Positions 1-9,933 of a stretch of DNA of 64,000 nucleotides are shown here, piece after piece. Position numbers and translations under genes: made by a program. The notes beneath the pieces are model-generated. The model did not search any database and was not told the origin of the DNA. It saw only the letters and a list, made by a program, of their open reading frames with translations. The stretch is from positions 288,001 to 352,000 of the forward strand of contig CAXWPL010000003.1 of NCBI GenBank assembly GCA_963666215.2, given 5' to 3'. This DNA is from Acidobacteriota bacterium (lineage in GTDB: Bacteria; Acidobacteriota; UBA890; WLXD01). Numbering within the stretch: the stretch's first letter is position 1; each line of letters opens with the position of its first letter.

Positions 1-1069
1 TTCGCCCGATGCGCCGCCAATTGCGGCCGCCGTCGGTGGACAGGTTGAGTCGTCCTCCCACCATATAGAGGCGATTCTCGTTCGACGGGTCGATGCGGAA
101 GTCGGCGTAGTAGAAGGGCCGCGAGGCAATGGCGCGGTCGTCGCTCACGAGCACCCACGAGTCGCCCCCATCGCTGCTGCGCCACAGCGCTCCGTCGGTC
201 GACTCGATCATCGCGTAAACGACGTCGTTGTCAGATACGGAGACGGCGACGCCGATACGGCCGAGGACGCCGGTCGGCAGCCCGTTGTCGAGCTCGGGGC
301 TGGTGAGCTCGGTCCAGCTGTCGCCGCCGTCGCGGCTCATGTAGAGGCCGCTGCCCGGGCCGCCGGAGCGGAAATGCCATGGCTGGCGCAGGAAGTCCCA
401 CATGCCGGCATAAAGAATGCGCGGATTGGTAGCGTCGATCGCCAGGTCGGACACGCCGGTGGTGGGGTCGACGTAGAGGACCTTCTCCCAGGTTTCGCCA
501 CCGTCGCGGCTGCGGTACACGCCGCGGTCCTCATGGGCTCCCCAGGCGTGTCCCATGGCGCCGACGTAGACGTGATCGGGGTTGTCGGGATGCACACGAA
601 TGCGCGCGATGCGCTCGGTCGTCTCCAGTCCGACGTGAGTCCACGTATCCCCACCATCGTTTGAGCGATACACGCCGTCGCCGAACGAAGTGGAGTTGCG
701 CGGGTTGTGCTCGCCCGTGCCGATGTAGACGACATTGGGGTCGGAGGGCGCTACCGCCACAGCACCGAGCGACAGCGTGCCGCCGTCGTCGAAGATTGAC
801 TTCCAGGTGATGCCCCGGTCCATGGTGCGCCACAGCCCGCCCGACGCGGTCGCCATGTAGAGCACATTCGGACGCCCTTGCACTCCGGCCAGATCGACCG
901 TGCGGCCGCCCATGAAGGCCGGGCCAATCGATCGCCAGGTGAGGCCGTCCAACAGATCTTCGACGGTCGCGGCATCCTCCTGCGGAGGAGCACCCGCGTG
1001 ACCAACGGCCGGGACCAGGGCCTGGCCGATGAGCATGGCCAGCAGCAGGGCAGAAGACGGTGCACGCAT
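1..1069 (-). CDS. Secreted VPS10/BNR-repeat (sialidase/GH74-like beta-propeller) protein; runs off the window edge
   Basis: Not in the ORF track. Manual translation from ATG 1069 gives MRAPSSALLLAMLIG...LTWRSIGPAFMGGRTVDLAG...YMATASGGLWRTMDRGITWKSIFD, with repeated SxDGGxTW Asp-boxes. Paralogue of 48432..51635. Confidence 0.85.
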   Translation of the reverse strand, partial: MRAPSSALLLAMLIGQALVPAVGHAGAPPQEDAATVEDLLDGLTWRSIGPAFMGGRTVDLAGVQGRPNVLYMATASGGLWRTMDRGITWKSIFDDGGTLSLGAVAVAPSDPNVVYIGTGEHNPRNSTSFGDGVYRSNDGGDTWTHVGLETTERIARIRVHPDNPDHVYVGAMGHAWGAHEDRGVYRSRDGGETWEKVLYVDPTTGVSDLAIDATNPRILYAGMWDFLRQPWHFRSGGPGSGLYMSRDGGDSWTELTSPELDNGLPTGVLGRIGVAVSVSDNDVVYAMIESTDGALWRSSDGGDSWVLVSDDRAIASRPFYYADFRIDPSNENRLYMVGGRLNLSTDGGRNWRRIGR

Positions 1070-1236
1070 GGACCCGACGCCTCCGTGGTTTTTCAGCAGG
1101 TCAGCAGAGAGGCGGCAGATTACCGCGTGGCGCCTGTAGAGACAGGAAGCCTCGATGGCATCACGGGCCGGGCTGCCGCAAACGACCGCGGTCAAACGGA
1201 GTCGCGATGCCGAGCGGCCGACTCGCGTCTTCCGTG

Positions 1237-3000
1237 CTAGTCGTCCGTGGCGTCGTCGCTTGTAAGAATGCCGTAGGCCGGCAAGCCGACGGCGCCGAGC
1301 CGCTTCATGACCTCGCGCGCCGGCGACGCGTTCAAATCCTCAGCGCGGAACTTCACCTTGACGTAGCCGTCGAGCGCGGCCTTGACGTCGGGATGCTGCA
1401 ACGTCGTCTTGTCCATCGTCAGGCAGTTCTTGCACCACGTCGCCCAAACGTCAACGAGCACCGGCTTCCCCTCGGTCTCGGCTTCGCGCAGCGCGGCGGC
1501 GAGTGACGTATGCCAACCCTCCTCAGCGAGCTCGGCCACCGAACCCAACACTTCGTCGGCATCCACCCAGCGCTGCGCAACGAGGCCGTACCCGATCCAT
1601 GCGTAGTACACGGCGGTGAAGAGAATGAAAACGCCGAAGGCGTGCTTGACGTGCACCATCCAGGCGCCGGGCTTGGGCAGTGCCGACAGGCCGGCACCGG
1701 CAATCGGCCACGGCAGCGCCATGCCAACGCCGAGAACGAAGGGCAGCGCCAGGGCGACGGGTGTGCCCGTGGCGTAGAGGTTGGACGCGAACACGATCAC
1801 TTGGATCACCACCGGGGCCACGCAGGCGCCGGCCAGCAGCGCTGCCACGCCCCCCATTCCGAAAGCGAGGGCAAACGAGCCCTTGCCTGCGTCGCCCTGC
1901 AGGGTGAGCTTCGACTGCAGTCGCGAGAAGTCGATGTTGAGCACGTCGAACATTGCCAGCGCCAGCACCACGAACAGGGCGGCGATGCCGAGATTGAACC
2001 AGGCTGTTCCGTTGATGGTGCCGAACGTTCCGGCCGTGAGAATGACGACCACACCCAGCACGCCATAAACCGCAGCCATCGCGAGTCCGTAAGCACCGCC
2101 GAGCGCGAAGCCGCGAGCGCGAGAACCGGCCTGGGACCCGGCCCCGATGATCGCCAGATTGATCGGAACCATCGGCAGCACACAGGGGGTGAGATTGAGG
2201 GCCAGGCCGCCGATCAGAATCAGTCCGAGGATGGCGAGCGGACCACGGCCGTCGAACCAGCCGCGCTGCCCGGTCCCCGACTCGGCGGCGTCGATGAACT
2301 CGAGGAACGGCTCTTCGCCCATATAGCCGCCGGCCGTAGCGGCAACGGTGAAGCGCTCCAGGGTCTCGAGCACCGAGTTGTCGTCGGCCGGGTTGACGTC
2401 GGCGACGGGCACATCGGCGGCGGTTTTCGGAACCGCGACGGCCGGTGCGTCACCGAAAGCCAGTCCGGCAAAGAGCTCGGCGTGCAGCGCCGGCGCTGCG
2501 GGCTCACCCGCACCGAGGACGTCGATGGTGAAGTTGACGGGCTCACTGGTTGGGGCGTAGCAGGCGAAGTCGTCGCAGGCTTGGTAGCTGAAGGTGCCGC
2601 CAACCTCGTAGGTCCCCGCGGCCAGGTCGGATGCGAGCGCCATCTCGGCCCCCACCACGAACTGCGTACCGAACACCACGAGCTCGATTCCAGCCTGCAT
2701 GAGCGTGCCGGGCTCGGGATACGCCAGGCTCTCCACGGTGATGCCGGCCGGCGGCTCCAGCTGCCAAACCGTCGGAATCAGGAATCGATCGGCCGGCGCA
2801 TCCGAGTTGACGTGGTAACCCTCCTGGAGGGTCACCTGAAGAGCCGCTCGCAGAGTGCTGCCGGCGGGCGCCGCGACACGCTCGACGACCGGCTCGAGCC
2901 AGATCTCGGTCGGACCGCGCTGTGCGAGGGCGCTGCCGCTGGCCAGCAGACCCAGGATAAGCGCCGGCAGTGCGAAGGCCAGCAGGAGGCGAGTTCTCAT
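1237..3000 (-). CDS. dsbD: Thiol:disulfide interchange protein, DsbD-like (N-domain, CcdA transmembrane domain, thioredoxin domain)
   Basis: Signal peptide MRTRLLLAF; YQACDDFACY, LNLTPCVLP, LAGACVAP and WATWCKNC motifs. Confidence 0.85.
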   Translation of the reverse strand: MRTRLLLAFALPALILGLLASGSALAQRGPTEIWLEPVVERVAAPAGSTLRAALQVTLQEGYHVNSDAPADRFLIPTVWQLEPPAGITVESLAYPEPGTLMQAGIELVVFGTQFVVGAEMALASDLAAGTYEVGGTFSYQACDDFACYAPTSEPVNFTIDVLGAGEPAAPALHAELFAGLAFGDAPAVAVPKTAADVPVADVNPADDNSVLETLERFTVAATAGGYMGEEPFLEFIDAAESGTGQRGWFDGRGPLAILGLILIGGLALNLTPCVLPMVPINLAIIGAGSQAGSRARGFALGGAYGLAMAAVYGVLGVVVILTAGTFGTINGTAWFNLGIAALFVVLALAMFDVLNIDFSRLQSKLTLQGDAGKGSFALAFGMGGVAALLAGACVAPVVIQVIVFASNLYATGTPVALALPFVLGVGMALPWPIAGAGLSALPKPGAWMVHVKHAFGVFILFTAVYYAWIGYGLVAQRWVDADEVLGSVAELAEEGWHTSLAAALREAETEGKPVLVDVWATWCKNCLTMDKTTLQHPDVKAALDGYVKVKFRAEDLNASPAREVMKRLGAVGLPAYGILTSDDATDD

Positions 3001-3301
3001 CCCGAGATGGTAGCCGCCCTGGCCACCGCTCGCAGCACTCAACCGCGCAAACATGTCGTCTGGCCGACCGCTACCGATCAAGCAGTTGCCTCATGCGGCC
3101 AGATGAGTAGGCTGAGCTCCACCGATCGACCGAATTCGGATTGCCTTCTCCAACGACGCTGTCTCGGAAGCCGCTATGTCTCTGATCGCTGAGCGCGACG
3201 CTGTGACCAAGATCTGGACGCTCGCAGCCCTTGTCGTGGCCTCGGCCCCGGCGATGCCGGCCGTGATCTCCTCACCGGTCGACTCGGCGTAGCTTCGCAT
3301 C

Positions 3302-4021
3302 GTGCGTATCGTCGCTCTACAGAATTGCGCTGTTGAGGGTCTCGGCTCGTACGAAGCCGAGCTCCGCGCGCGCTCTGCGCGCGCTGGCAGCTTCACCCTG
3401 GTGCACACGTATCAAGAGCACTCTCAACTCAGCGCCGTGCTACCCGAGATGGACACTGTTGATGTCCTCGTCGTAGGAGGCACACCGATCTCCGCGTACG
3501 AGGCCGACGCCCATCCGTTTCTCCGCGAAGAAGTCGTCTACATCGAGGAAGCGCTAGCCGCGGGTATCCGCTGCCTTGGCATCTGCTGCGGTGCGCAGTT
3601 GATCGCCCAGATCCTCGGCGCGACTGTGCGGCGCAACCCGGTCATGGAGATCGGCGGCTACGAGGTGTCACTCACCGCCGCCGGCGAGCGCTCTCCCTTG
3701 CTCCGAGATTTCCCCGGCCGCTTCCCCGTCTTCCACTGGCACGGCGATACATTCGACATTCCAGAAGGCGCTCAACACCTCGTGGAGGGGGATCTGTGCC
3801 GTAACCAGATGTTTCGCCTCGGCAACGCGGTCGGCGTCCAGTTTCATCTGGAAACGTCGGCCGACGAAGCAGCGATCTGGGCCGCTGCGTACCCCCAAGA
3901 GCTGGAGTGCGTGGCCAAGACACCCGAGCAGGTCGTCGGTGAATGCGGGCAGCGCGAGGCGCGAAGGAGAACGCTCGCCGCCCGTCTCGTGTCGAACTTC
4001 CTCGACGACCCGGCGCGGTAA
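3302..4021 (+). CDS. Type 1 glutamine amidotransferase (GMP-synthase-like GATase domain)
   Basis: LGICCGAQ nucleophile elbow, FHWHGDTF and QFHLE triad motifs. Confidence 0.85.
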   Translation: MRIVALQNCAVEGLGSYEAELRARSARAGSFTLVHTYQEHSQLSAVLPEMDTVDVLVVGGTPISAYEADAHPFLREEVVYIEEALAAGIRCLGICCGAQLIAQILGATVRRNPVMEIGGYEVSLTAAGERSPLLRDFPGRFPVFHWHGDTFDIPEGAQHLVEGDLCRNQMFRLGNAVGVQFHLETSADEAAIWAAAYPQELECVAKTPEQVVGECGQREARRRTLAARLVSNFLDDPAR

Positions 4022-4144
4022 CGCGAAGGGCCGTTGACCTGCGTCGGTTTCGAACTCAGGATCAAATTTTCGAGTCACAGATTTGCTTCACGTATTTAAG
4101 ACACGCACCCCTAGATACTCCCGCGGCGCTCGAGGAGGCTCGAC

Positions 4145-4282
4145 ATGAGTGGGGCCAAGAACGGCGGCAATCTGTTCGAGGAGATCCAGCTGCGCGAGTG
4201 GCGCTCGCGCCGCCAGCTCCACTCGGCCACCCACGGGAAATGTCATGCTAGGGCCACGGCCAGGCGCCGCGACTCCCGATGA
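4145..4282 (+). CDS. Possible 45-aa small ORF or gene remnant
   Basis: Strong RBS (GAGGAGG) 6 nt before ATG 4145; MSGAKNGGNLFEEIQLREWRSRR...; no recognisable family. Confidence 0.25.
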   Translation: MSGAKNGGNLFEEIQLREWRSRRQLHSATHGKCHARATARRRDSR

Positions 4283-4345
4283 CCGATGACAACGCCGCGC
4301 GGGCGGCCCACGACGACGATCCCTTCTGCCAACGGAGCAACCGGC

Positions 4346-5200
4346 TTGTTCAAACGCCAAACCTCGGGTTCGATCGTCTGTCCTGGCTGCGGACGGCTGG
4401 TTGGAGTGCAAGACGAGCGCTGCTTCAACTGCGGCCGCGTCCGACCGGGTCTGTGGGGCTTCGCGCCCCTGATCAACAAGGCGATCGGCGAAGTCGTCTT
4501 CGTCGACGTGGTGCTCTACGGCTGCGCCGCGATGTTCGTGCTCACCCTGCTGAGCGAGCCCTCGGCGATCGGCGGCGGCGGCCTCTTTTCGATGCTGTCA
4601 CCCGGTCAGCGGCCGCTGTTTCTGTTCGGCGCCAGCGGCGCCTTGCCGGTGTTCACCTTCGGCCGCTGGTGGACCGTGCTCAGCGCCTCCTGGCTACACG
4701 GCGGGCTGCTCCACATCGGCATGAACATGATGTGGATGCGGCAGCTGCTGCCGGCCGTGGAGCAGTTCTACGGCACGGGCCGGCTGATCATCATCTACAC
4801 GGTGTCGGGAGCCGCCGGTTTCACCCTCACAACGCTGTTCGGCGCCATCAACCTACCGTGGCCGTTAACCGGCGCGGGCTTTACGGTTGGAGCGTCGGCG
4901 CCGCTGTTCGGGCTCTTCGGTGCGCTCGTCGTCTACAGCCAGAGCTCAGGCCAGAGTCAGCTCGGCCGCCAGGTCTGGCAATGGGTGATCATGTTCACCT
5001 TCATCGGCCTGCTGATACCGATCGTTGACAACTGGGCCCACCTCGGCGGCTTCGCCGGCGGCTACGCGGCCTCGAAGGTGCTCGATCCACTCAAAACCGA
5101 GTCGCCGCGGCATCTTCTGGTCGCCGGCGCCTGCCTGGCGTTGACGTTGCTGTCGCTCATCGCCTCGGTGCTTCACGGCATCCCGCTGTTCACGGGCTAG
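4346..5200 (+). CDS. Rhomboid family intramembrane serine protease with N-terminal zinc ribbon
   Basis: CPGC...CFNC, WLHGGLLHIGMN, VGASAP and DNWAHLGG motifs; likely TTG start at 4346 after GGAG (ORF track start is 4286). Confidence 0.9.
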   Translation: MFKRQTSGSIVCPGCGRLVGVQDERCFNCGRVRPGLWGFAPLINKAIGEVVFVDVVLYGCAAMFVLTLLSEPSAIGGGGLFSMLSPGQRPLFLFGASGALPVFTFGRWWTVLSASWLHGGLLHIGMNMMWMRQLLPAVEQFYGTGRLIIIYTVSGAAGFTLTTLFGAINLPWPLTGAGFTVGASAPLFGLFGALVVYSQSSGQSQLGRQVWQWVIMFTFIGLLIPIVDNWAHLGGFAGGYAASKVLDPLKTESPRHLLVAGACLALTLLSLIASVLHGIPLFTG

Positions 5201-5360
5201 CTCAGCTCGGCCACCAATGCTGCCACTGTGTCGCTTCGAGCTCGAGACTACCGGTGGGAGCTTGGTGCTCCCCGATTGCAAGACGGAGCTGCCTCCGACG
5301 CCGGACGATCTGGTGGCCTTCGCAGAGCGTCGCGCGGGACGGACCTGGCCCTGAGAAACT

Positions 5361-6560
5361 CTAGAGACCGCGGAGCGCTATCGCGATGGGCGTGCGTGCG
5401 GCGCGGATGGCGGGAAAGAGGCCACCGATGAGGCCGATCGTCGTGGCGACAACGGTGCCCTGGATCAACAACGCCGGCGTAACGTCGAAGGCGAAGGCCA
5501 CCGCGGAGAAGCTCTGCAAGTTGAGCGTGGCGGCGCGGTAGCCGTCGAAGACGACCCACGCGAGAGTGGCGCCGATCGCGCCGCCGACGATCGCCAGCAG
5601 CAGCGACTCGGCGAGCACGGAGAATATGACCGGGCTCGACTTGAATCCGAGAGCCCGCAGCGTGGCGATTTCGCGAGTGCGCGCCGATACCGACGTGTAC
5701 ATCGTGTTGAGCGCGCCGAAGACCGCCCCCACGGCCATCAAGGAGGCGATGAGATAGCCGAGGCCGGTGATCAGGTTGGTGAGCAGGGTCGATTGGCCCG
5801 AATAGTAGTCGGACTGCCGCGAAACGCTCAGGTTGACGCGTGGGTCGCTCGATAGATCGTCCTGGAAACTCTGGAACGCCTCGGCCGACTCGAGCTTGGT
5901 GAGCACGGTCTGGAACGAATCGCCGCGCCTGTACATCGACTGCAGCAGGCGCGCGTCGCCCCAGATCTCCGATTCCTCGATGCCGCCGTCAACGGAGAAG
6001 ATCCCGACCACGCGCCACGGCTGCTGCGCCACTTCGAGGGTACCGCCGAGCTCGAGGCCTTCGTACTCCACGGTGGCGCCGCGCCCGACGATGACCTCGG
6101 CCCTACCCCACTCGAAGCTCCGGCCCTCGACAATCTCGAAGTCGTCGCGCACGCGGAAGGCAGCCTCCTCCACACCGCGCATCGGCACATTAGCGTCGGT
6201 GCCGGTGGAACGCTTCGGCAGATTGAGAATCAGGAAGAGCTCAGCCGACGATACGGCTCCGTCGGCATCGCGCAGCACTCCCGCGGTCTCTCCAACGATG
6301 CGGGTCGCCTCGCGCGAGAGACCGCTCACGAGCTCGCTGGTGGACCCGCTGCGGAGCGAGATCGCCCGATCGTCCGACCCCGAGTTGGTCATCGCCGCGC
6401 CGAAGCCCGCGGCGATCGACAGAACCCCAACGAACACGGCCACTACGCCGGCAATGCCGAACATCGCGGCCACACTCGACCCCCACCGCTGGGGCAGCGA
6501 TCGCACACTGAAGCTGGTAACGGCAACAACTTGCGAAATCCACCGTCCAAACGATCCCAT
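5361..6560 (-). CDS. ABC transporter permease, MacB/FtsX family
   Basis: N-terminal TM, periplasmic domain, RTREIATLRALGF motif and 3 C-terminal TMs. Confidence 0.9.
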   Translation of the reverse strand: MGSFGRWISQVVAVTSFSVRSLPQRWGSSVAAMFGIAGVVAVFVGVLSIAAGFGAAMTNSGSDDRAISLRSGSTSELVSGLSREATRIVGETAGVLRDADGAVSSAELFLILNLPKRSTGTDANVPMRGVEEAAFRVRDDFEIVEGRSFEWGRAEVIVGRGATVEYEGLELGGTLEVAQQPWRVVGIFSVDGGIEESEIWGDARLLQSMYRRGDSFQTVLTKLESAEAFQSFQDDLSSDPRVNLSVSRQSDYYSGQSTLLTNLITGLGYLIASLMAVGAVFGALNTMYTSVSARTREIATLRALGFKSSPVIFSVLAESLLLAIVGGAIGATLAWVVFDGYRAATLNLQSFSAVAFAFDVTPALLIQGTVVATTIGLIGGLFPAIRAARTPIAIALRGL

Positions 6561-6583
6561 AGCGCCCGACTCCTTCTATTGAG

Positions 6584-7741
6584 CTATTTGCGTCGCAACG
6601 CGTCTGCCACGCGCACGTGCCAGGCCTGCATCGCTGGCAGCAGGCCGGCGGCCACGCCCAACGCCACCGTGAGCATGACGCCGATGATCAGGTCCCGTGT
6701 CGGGAAGAAGAACAGCGGCAGCGCACCGCCTGTGGGATCACCTTGTGAGGTCAGGTACCAGGAAACGCCGAGGCCGGCGAGTCCGCCGGTGACGGCCAGC
6801 AGGCAGGACTCGCTGAGCACCATTGCCAGCACCTGGCGATGGGTGTATCCCACGGCCTTGAGCACACCGATCTCGTTGAGGCGCTCGCGCACGGCCTGCG
6901 ACATCGTGTTGCCGGCGACGAGCAGAATCGTGAAGAACACCGCGGTGAGCACCGCCAGGGTAATCGTGCCGATATTGGCCAACTGGTTGGCGAAGCCCTA
7001 CACGAACGCGCCCTCGGTCTCGGCCTTGGTCTCGGCAGGCGAGTTCGCGAAGGCGTTGTCGATTGCGCTGGCCACTTCGGCGGCTCGACCCGGGTCGGCC
7101 ACCTGGACGATGTACCAGCCCACCTGCCCGCGAGCTCCTTCGACACGAGCCTCGTCGAAGTAGTCGTAGCGGAACAGAAACTGCGTGTCGTCGACGCCCT
7201 TCTCCGCTCCGTCGTAGATGCCGACGATGTCGAACTCCCACGTGCGGCCGCCGTCGCGCTTGCTCCAGATCGTGGCCTGCAGGGGCACGCGATCGCCGAT
7301 CTCGAAGCCATACCGATCGGCGATGCCGCGACCCACCATGGCACCGGTGCGAGTTTCGCGCCAGGCCTGCATCTGGTCGTCGGGCAGCAGGAACTCGGGA
7401 TACATCGCCAGATACTCGTCGGGGTTCACGGGGAATTGCCCGAAGAAGTTGCTCGGCCGCTGGTAAACACCACCGAACCATGTGAGGTGGGTAGCGTCGG
7501 CCACGCCGTCGAGCTGCTCGATCCGTGCCTCGTAGCTCTCGGGCAGCATCTGGATAATCGACACCTTGTGACGAACGACCAGCCGATCGGCACCTGCGAC
7601 CTCGACACCGAACGACAGTGCCTGCTTGACCGACGCCATGTAGCCGTACAGAACGAACGCGATGAAGATCGACAGGAACGTCAGCGTGGTGCGGATCTTC
7701 TTGCGCTTGAGGTTGCTCCAGACGAGGTGGAAATGCTTCAT
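6584..7741 (-). pseudogene. MacB/FtsX-family ABC permease interrupted by an in-frame TAG at 6998-7000
   Basis: ORFs 6998..7741 and 6584..6982 share a frame: ETEGAFV*GFANQLANIG; ERLNEIGVLKAVGY motif downstream. Confidence 0.8.
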
Positions 7742-8457
7742 CAGTCGGGCTCCTCGGTGGACAGCCGGCCGTCGACCATGTGGAGGACGCGGGTGGCGCG
7801 CTCGGCGGCCTCGGGATCGTGCGTCACCATCACGATCGTCTTGCCGTGCTCGCGGCTCAGGGTGTCGAGCAACTCGAGAATCTCGCCACCCGATTTACGA
7901 TCGAGGTCGCCTGTGGGCTCGTCGCACAACAACAGCGACGGGTCTGTGGCGATCGCGCGGGCGATGCCAACGCGCTGCTGCTCACCGCCCGAGAGTTGGC
8001 GAGGGTAGTGCTTGGAGCGACCCGACAGCCCTACGATGTTGAGTGCGGTCTCCACCTGCTGGCGTCGCTCGGCTTTCTTGAGCGGAGTCAGCAGCAGTGG
8101 CAGCTCCACGTTGCGTGCGGCCGTCAGCACCGGCAGCAGATTGTAAAACTGGAAGATGAAGCCAACGTGGCGGGCACGCCAGCTGGCGAGCTTGCGATCG
8201 GACAGCCGGTCGATGGCGTCGCCGCCCACGGTCAGGCTGCCGCTGTCGGGACGGTCGAGGCCGCCGATCAGGTTGAGCAGCGTGCTCTTGCCCGAGCCCG
8301 ACGGCCCCATGAGCGCGAGAAACTCACCGCTGGGGACATCGAGCATCAGATCGTTGAGAACGTGGATCTTCTCCGCACCGCGAGAGAAGCTCTTCGTCAC
8401 GCCTCGAACCTGAACGAGCGTGTCGGCGCTCGACGACTGCTGTGCTGCTTCGCTCAT
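7741..8457 (-). CDS. ABC transporter ATP-binding protein (LolD/MacB-like)
   Basis: GPSGSGKS, LSGGEQQRV, LLCDEPTG and VTHD motifs. Confidence 0.95.
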   Translation of the reverse strand: MSEAAQQSSSADTLVQVRGVTKSFSRGAEKIHVLNDLMLDVPSGEFLALMGPSGSGKSTLLNLIGGLDRPDSGSLTVGGDAIDRLSDRKLASWRARHVGFIFQFYNLLPVLTAARNVELPLLLTPLKKAERRQQVETALNIVGLSGRSKHYPRQLSGGEQQRVGIARAIATDPSLLLCDEPTGDLDRKSGGEILELLDTLSREHGKTIVMVTHDPEAAERATRVLHMVDGRLSTEEPD

Positions 8458-8913
8458 TCGTCTGCCTCGCGAACCGTGGTTCCGGGCTCGAGCCCAGGGG
8501 GACCTTCAATCACAACAACCTCGCCCGGCTCGAGACCAGCCAGCACCGCGATCTCGGTGCCGGAGATGTCGCCGGTACGAACTGCCCGACGCTCAACGAC
8601 GCCGTCTCGCACCACCAGGACGATCGCCTGGCCGCCGTCATCACGCACGGCAGCCTGGGCGACGAGGATCACGCGCTGGGAGGCTCGATCCTGAGCCGCG
8701 TCGGCCTCCGCAATCTCAGCTCCGCGAAAAGCCACCTTCACTCCCATGTCGGGCAGGACACGCGGGTCGAGCTCCTCGAACCCGATGCGCACCTTGACTG
8801 TGGCCCGCTGGCGGTCGGCGGTGGGGACAATCGCGATCACGCTCGCCGGGATGCGCCAATCGGGGTAGGCGTCGAGAACCGCTTCGACGCCCTGGCCGGC
8901 CTGCACACGGTTG
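8454..8913 (-). pseudogene. 3' remnant of an efflux periplasmic adaptor (MacA/HlyD-like MFP)
   Basis: NRVQAGQGVEAVLDAYP...IVPTADRQRATVKVRIGF...LPDMGVKV...GLEPGEVVV; 5' part replaced by CocE sequence. Confidence 0.75.
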
Positions 8914-9729
8914 CAGCTCCGAACGGCGCATCCCCACAAACCCTGCCAGCGTGCCGCGGGTGAACTCGTCGTACCAGCCACCCTGATGAAGCACCGGAAC
9001 ACCGACGTCAGCCCAGCGACCGGCGACGCTGAGCGCGTCCCAGTAGCTGTCGCGGTCGGCGTGCTCGGCCCAGTCTCGGTACGTGTCGAGATCCCGCCCG
9101 ATGGCGGTATCGGCCTCGATCACCGGCAGGTGGGACAGTCCTTCCTGCCAGTCGTTGGCAAACAGGCTCTGGTTGGTGCGCGCGTCGACCATCGTGGTCC
9201 ACGGCAACCGCCCCGCGAGGTTGAAGGCGCCGCCCGTATGGGCCGGGCTGTCGTAGTAGTCAACCGGCGAGACCATGACATTCATCGCCTGCAGCGCCGG
9301 CGGCGACTCGGCCGCGGCCAGCCATTGGTCGAATCCCAGGTACGAGCCACCCGTCGTGACCACGCGACCGTCCGACCACGGCTGCTCCGCCGACCAGGCG
9401 ATCACCTCGGCGCCGTCGTCGCCCTCGGTCAGGTACGAATAGAACTCGCCCTGGGAGTCGTACCGCCCTCGCGAGTCGACGGTGACGTACACATAGCCAT
9501 GCCCCGCGTAGTACTCGCCGCTGCCGAAGTCGGTGCTGTTGTCGTACGGCGTGCGGGCCACCACTACGGGGTGGCGGCCATCGTCGGCCGGACGGTAAAC
9601 GTCGGCCGACAGACGAGTGCCGTCGGAGAGAACGATACCGACGTCGAATTCGCGGGCGATCGCGGGCGCCACCCGGCCAGCGGCAAAGGACAGGATCAAC
9701 GCGGCAAACAAGCACAGCGGACGTCTCAA
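8914..9729 (-). pseudogene. CocE/NonD family hydrolase, N-terminal part only
   Basis: DGTRLSADVYRP, RTPY, DSRGRYDSQG, GGSYLG and GGWYD motifs; sequence switches to MFP DNA near 8913. Confidence 0.8.
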
Positions 9730-9933
9730 AGCGGCCTCCTGGTTGGGCTTGTGAGCGTAGCCGATCCCCGACCGAGTTGGTGGAACGGCAAGAACTTGGC
9801 AGACTGGCGGCGTTCATCGCCAGTGGGCAGCGCTATCTGGCGTCCCCAGCCCGACTCGCCCGATCGACACGCACTTGGATCGTCGCTCCTTCTATGGAGG
9901 TTCGCCTTGTCCCTCACGCTCCGCACCTGCCTC

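Noticed and set aside
5217-5354. 45-aa ORF MLPLCRFELETT... between convergent genes
   Set aside because: No RBS and no recognisable family; at most a remnant
8911-9933. 341-aa N-terminal extension of the 1236-aa ORF
   Set aside because: Antisense shadow of the CocE gene; the real protein starts with a signal peptide at ATG 9934
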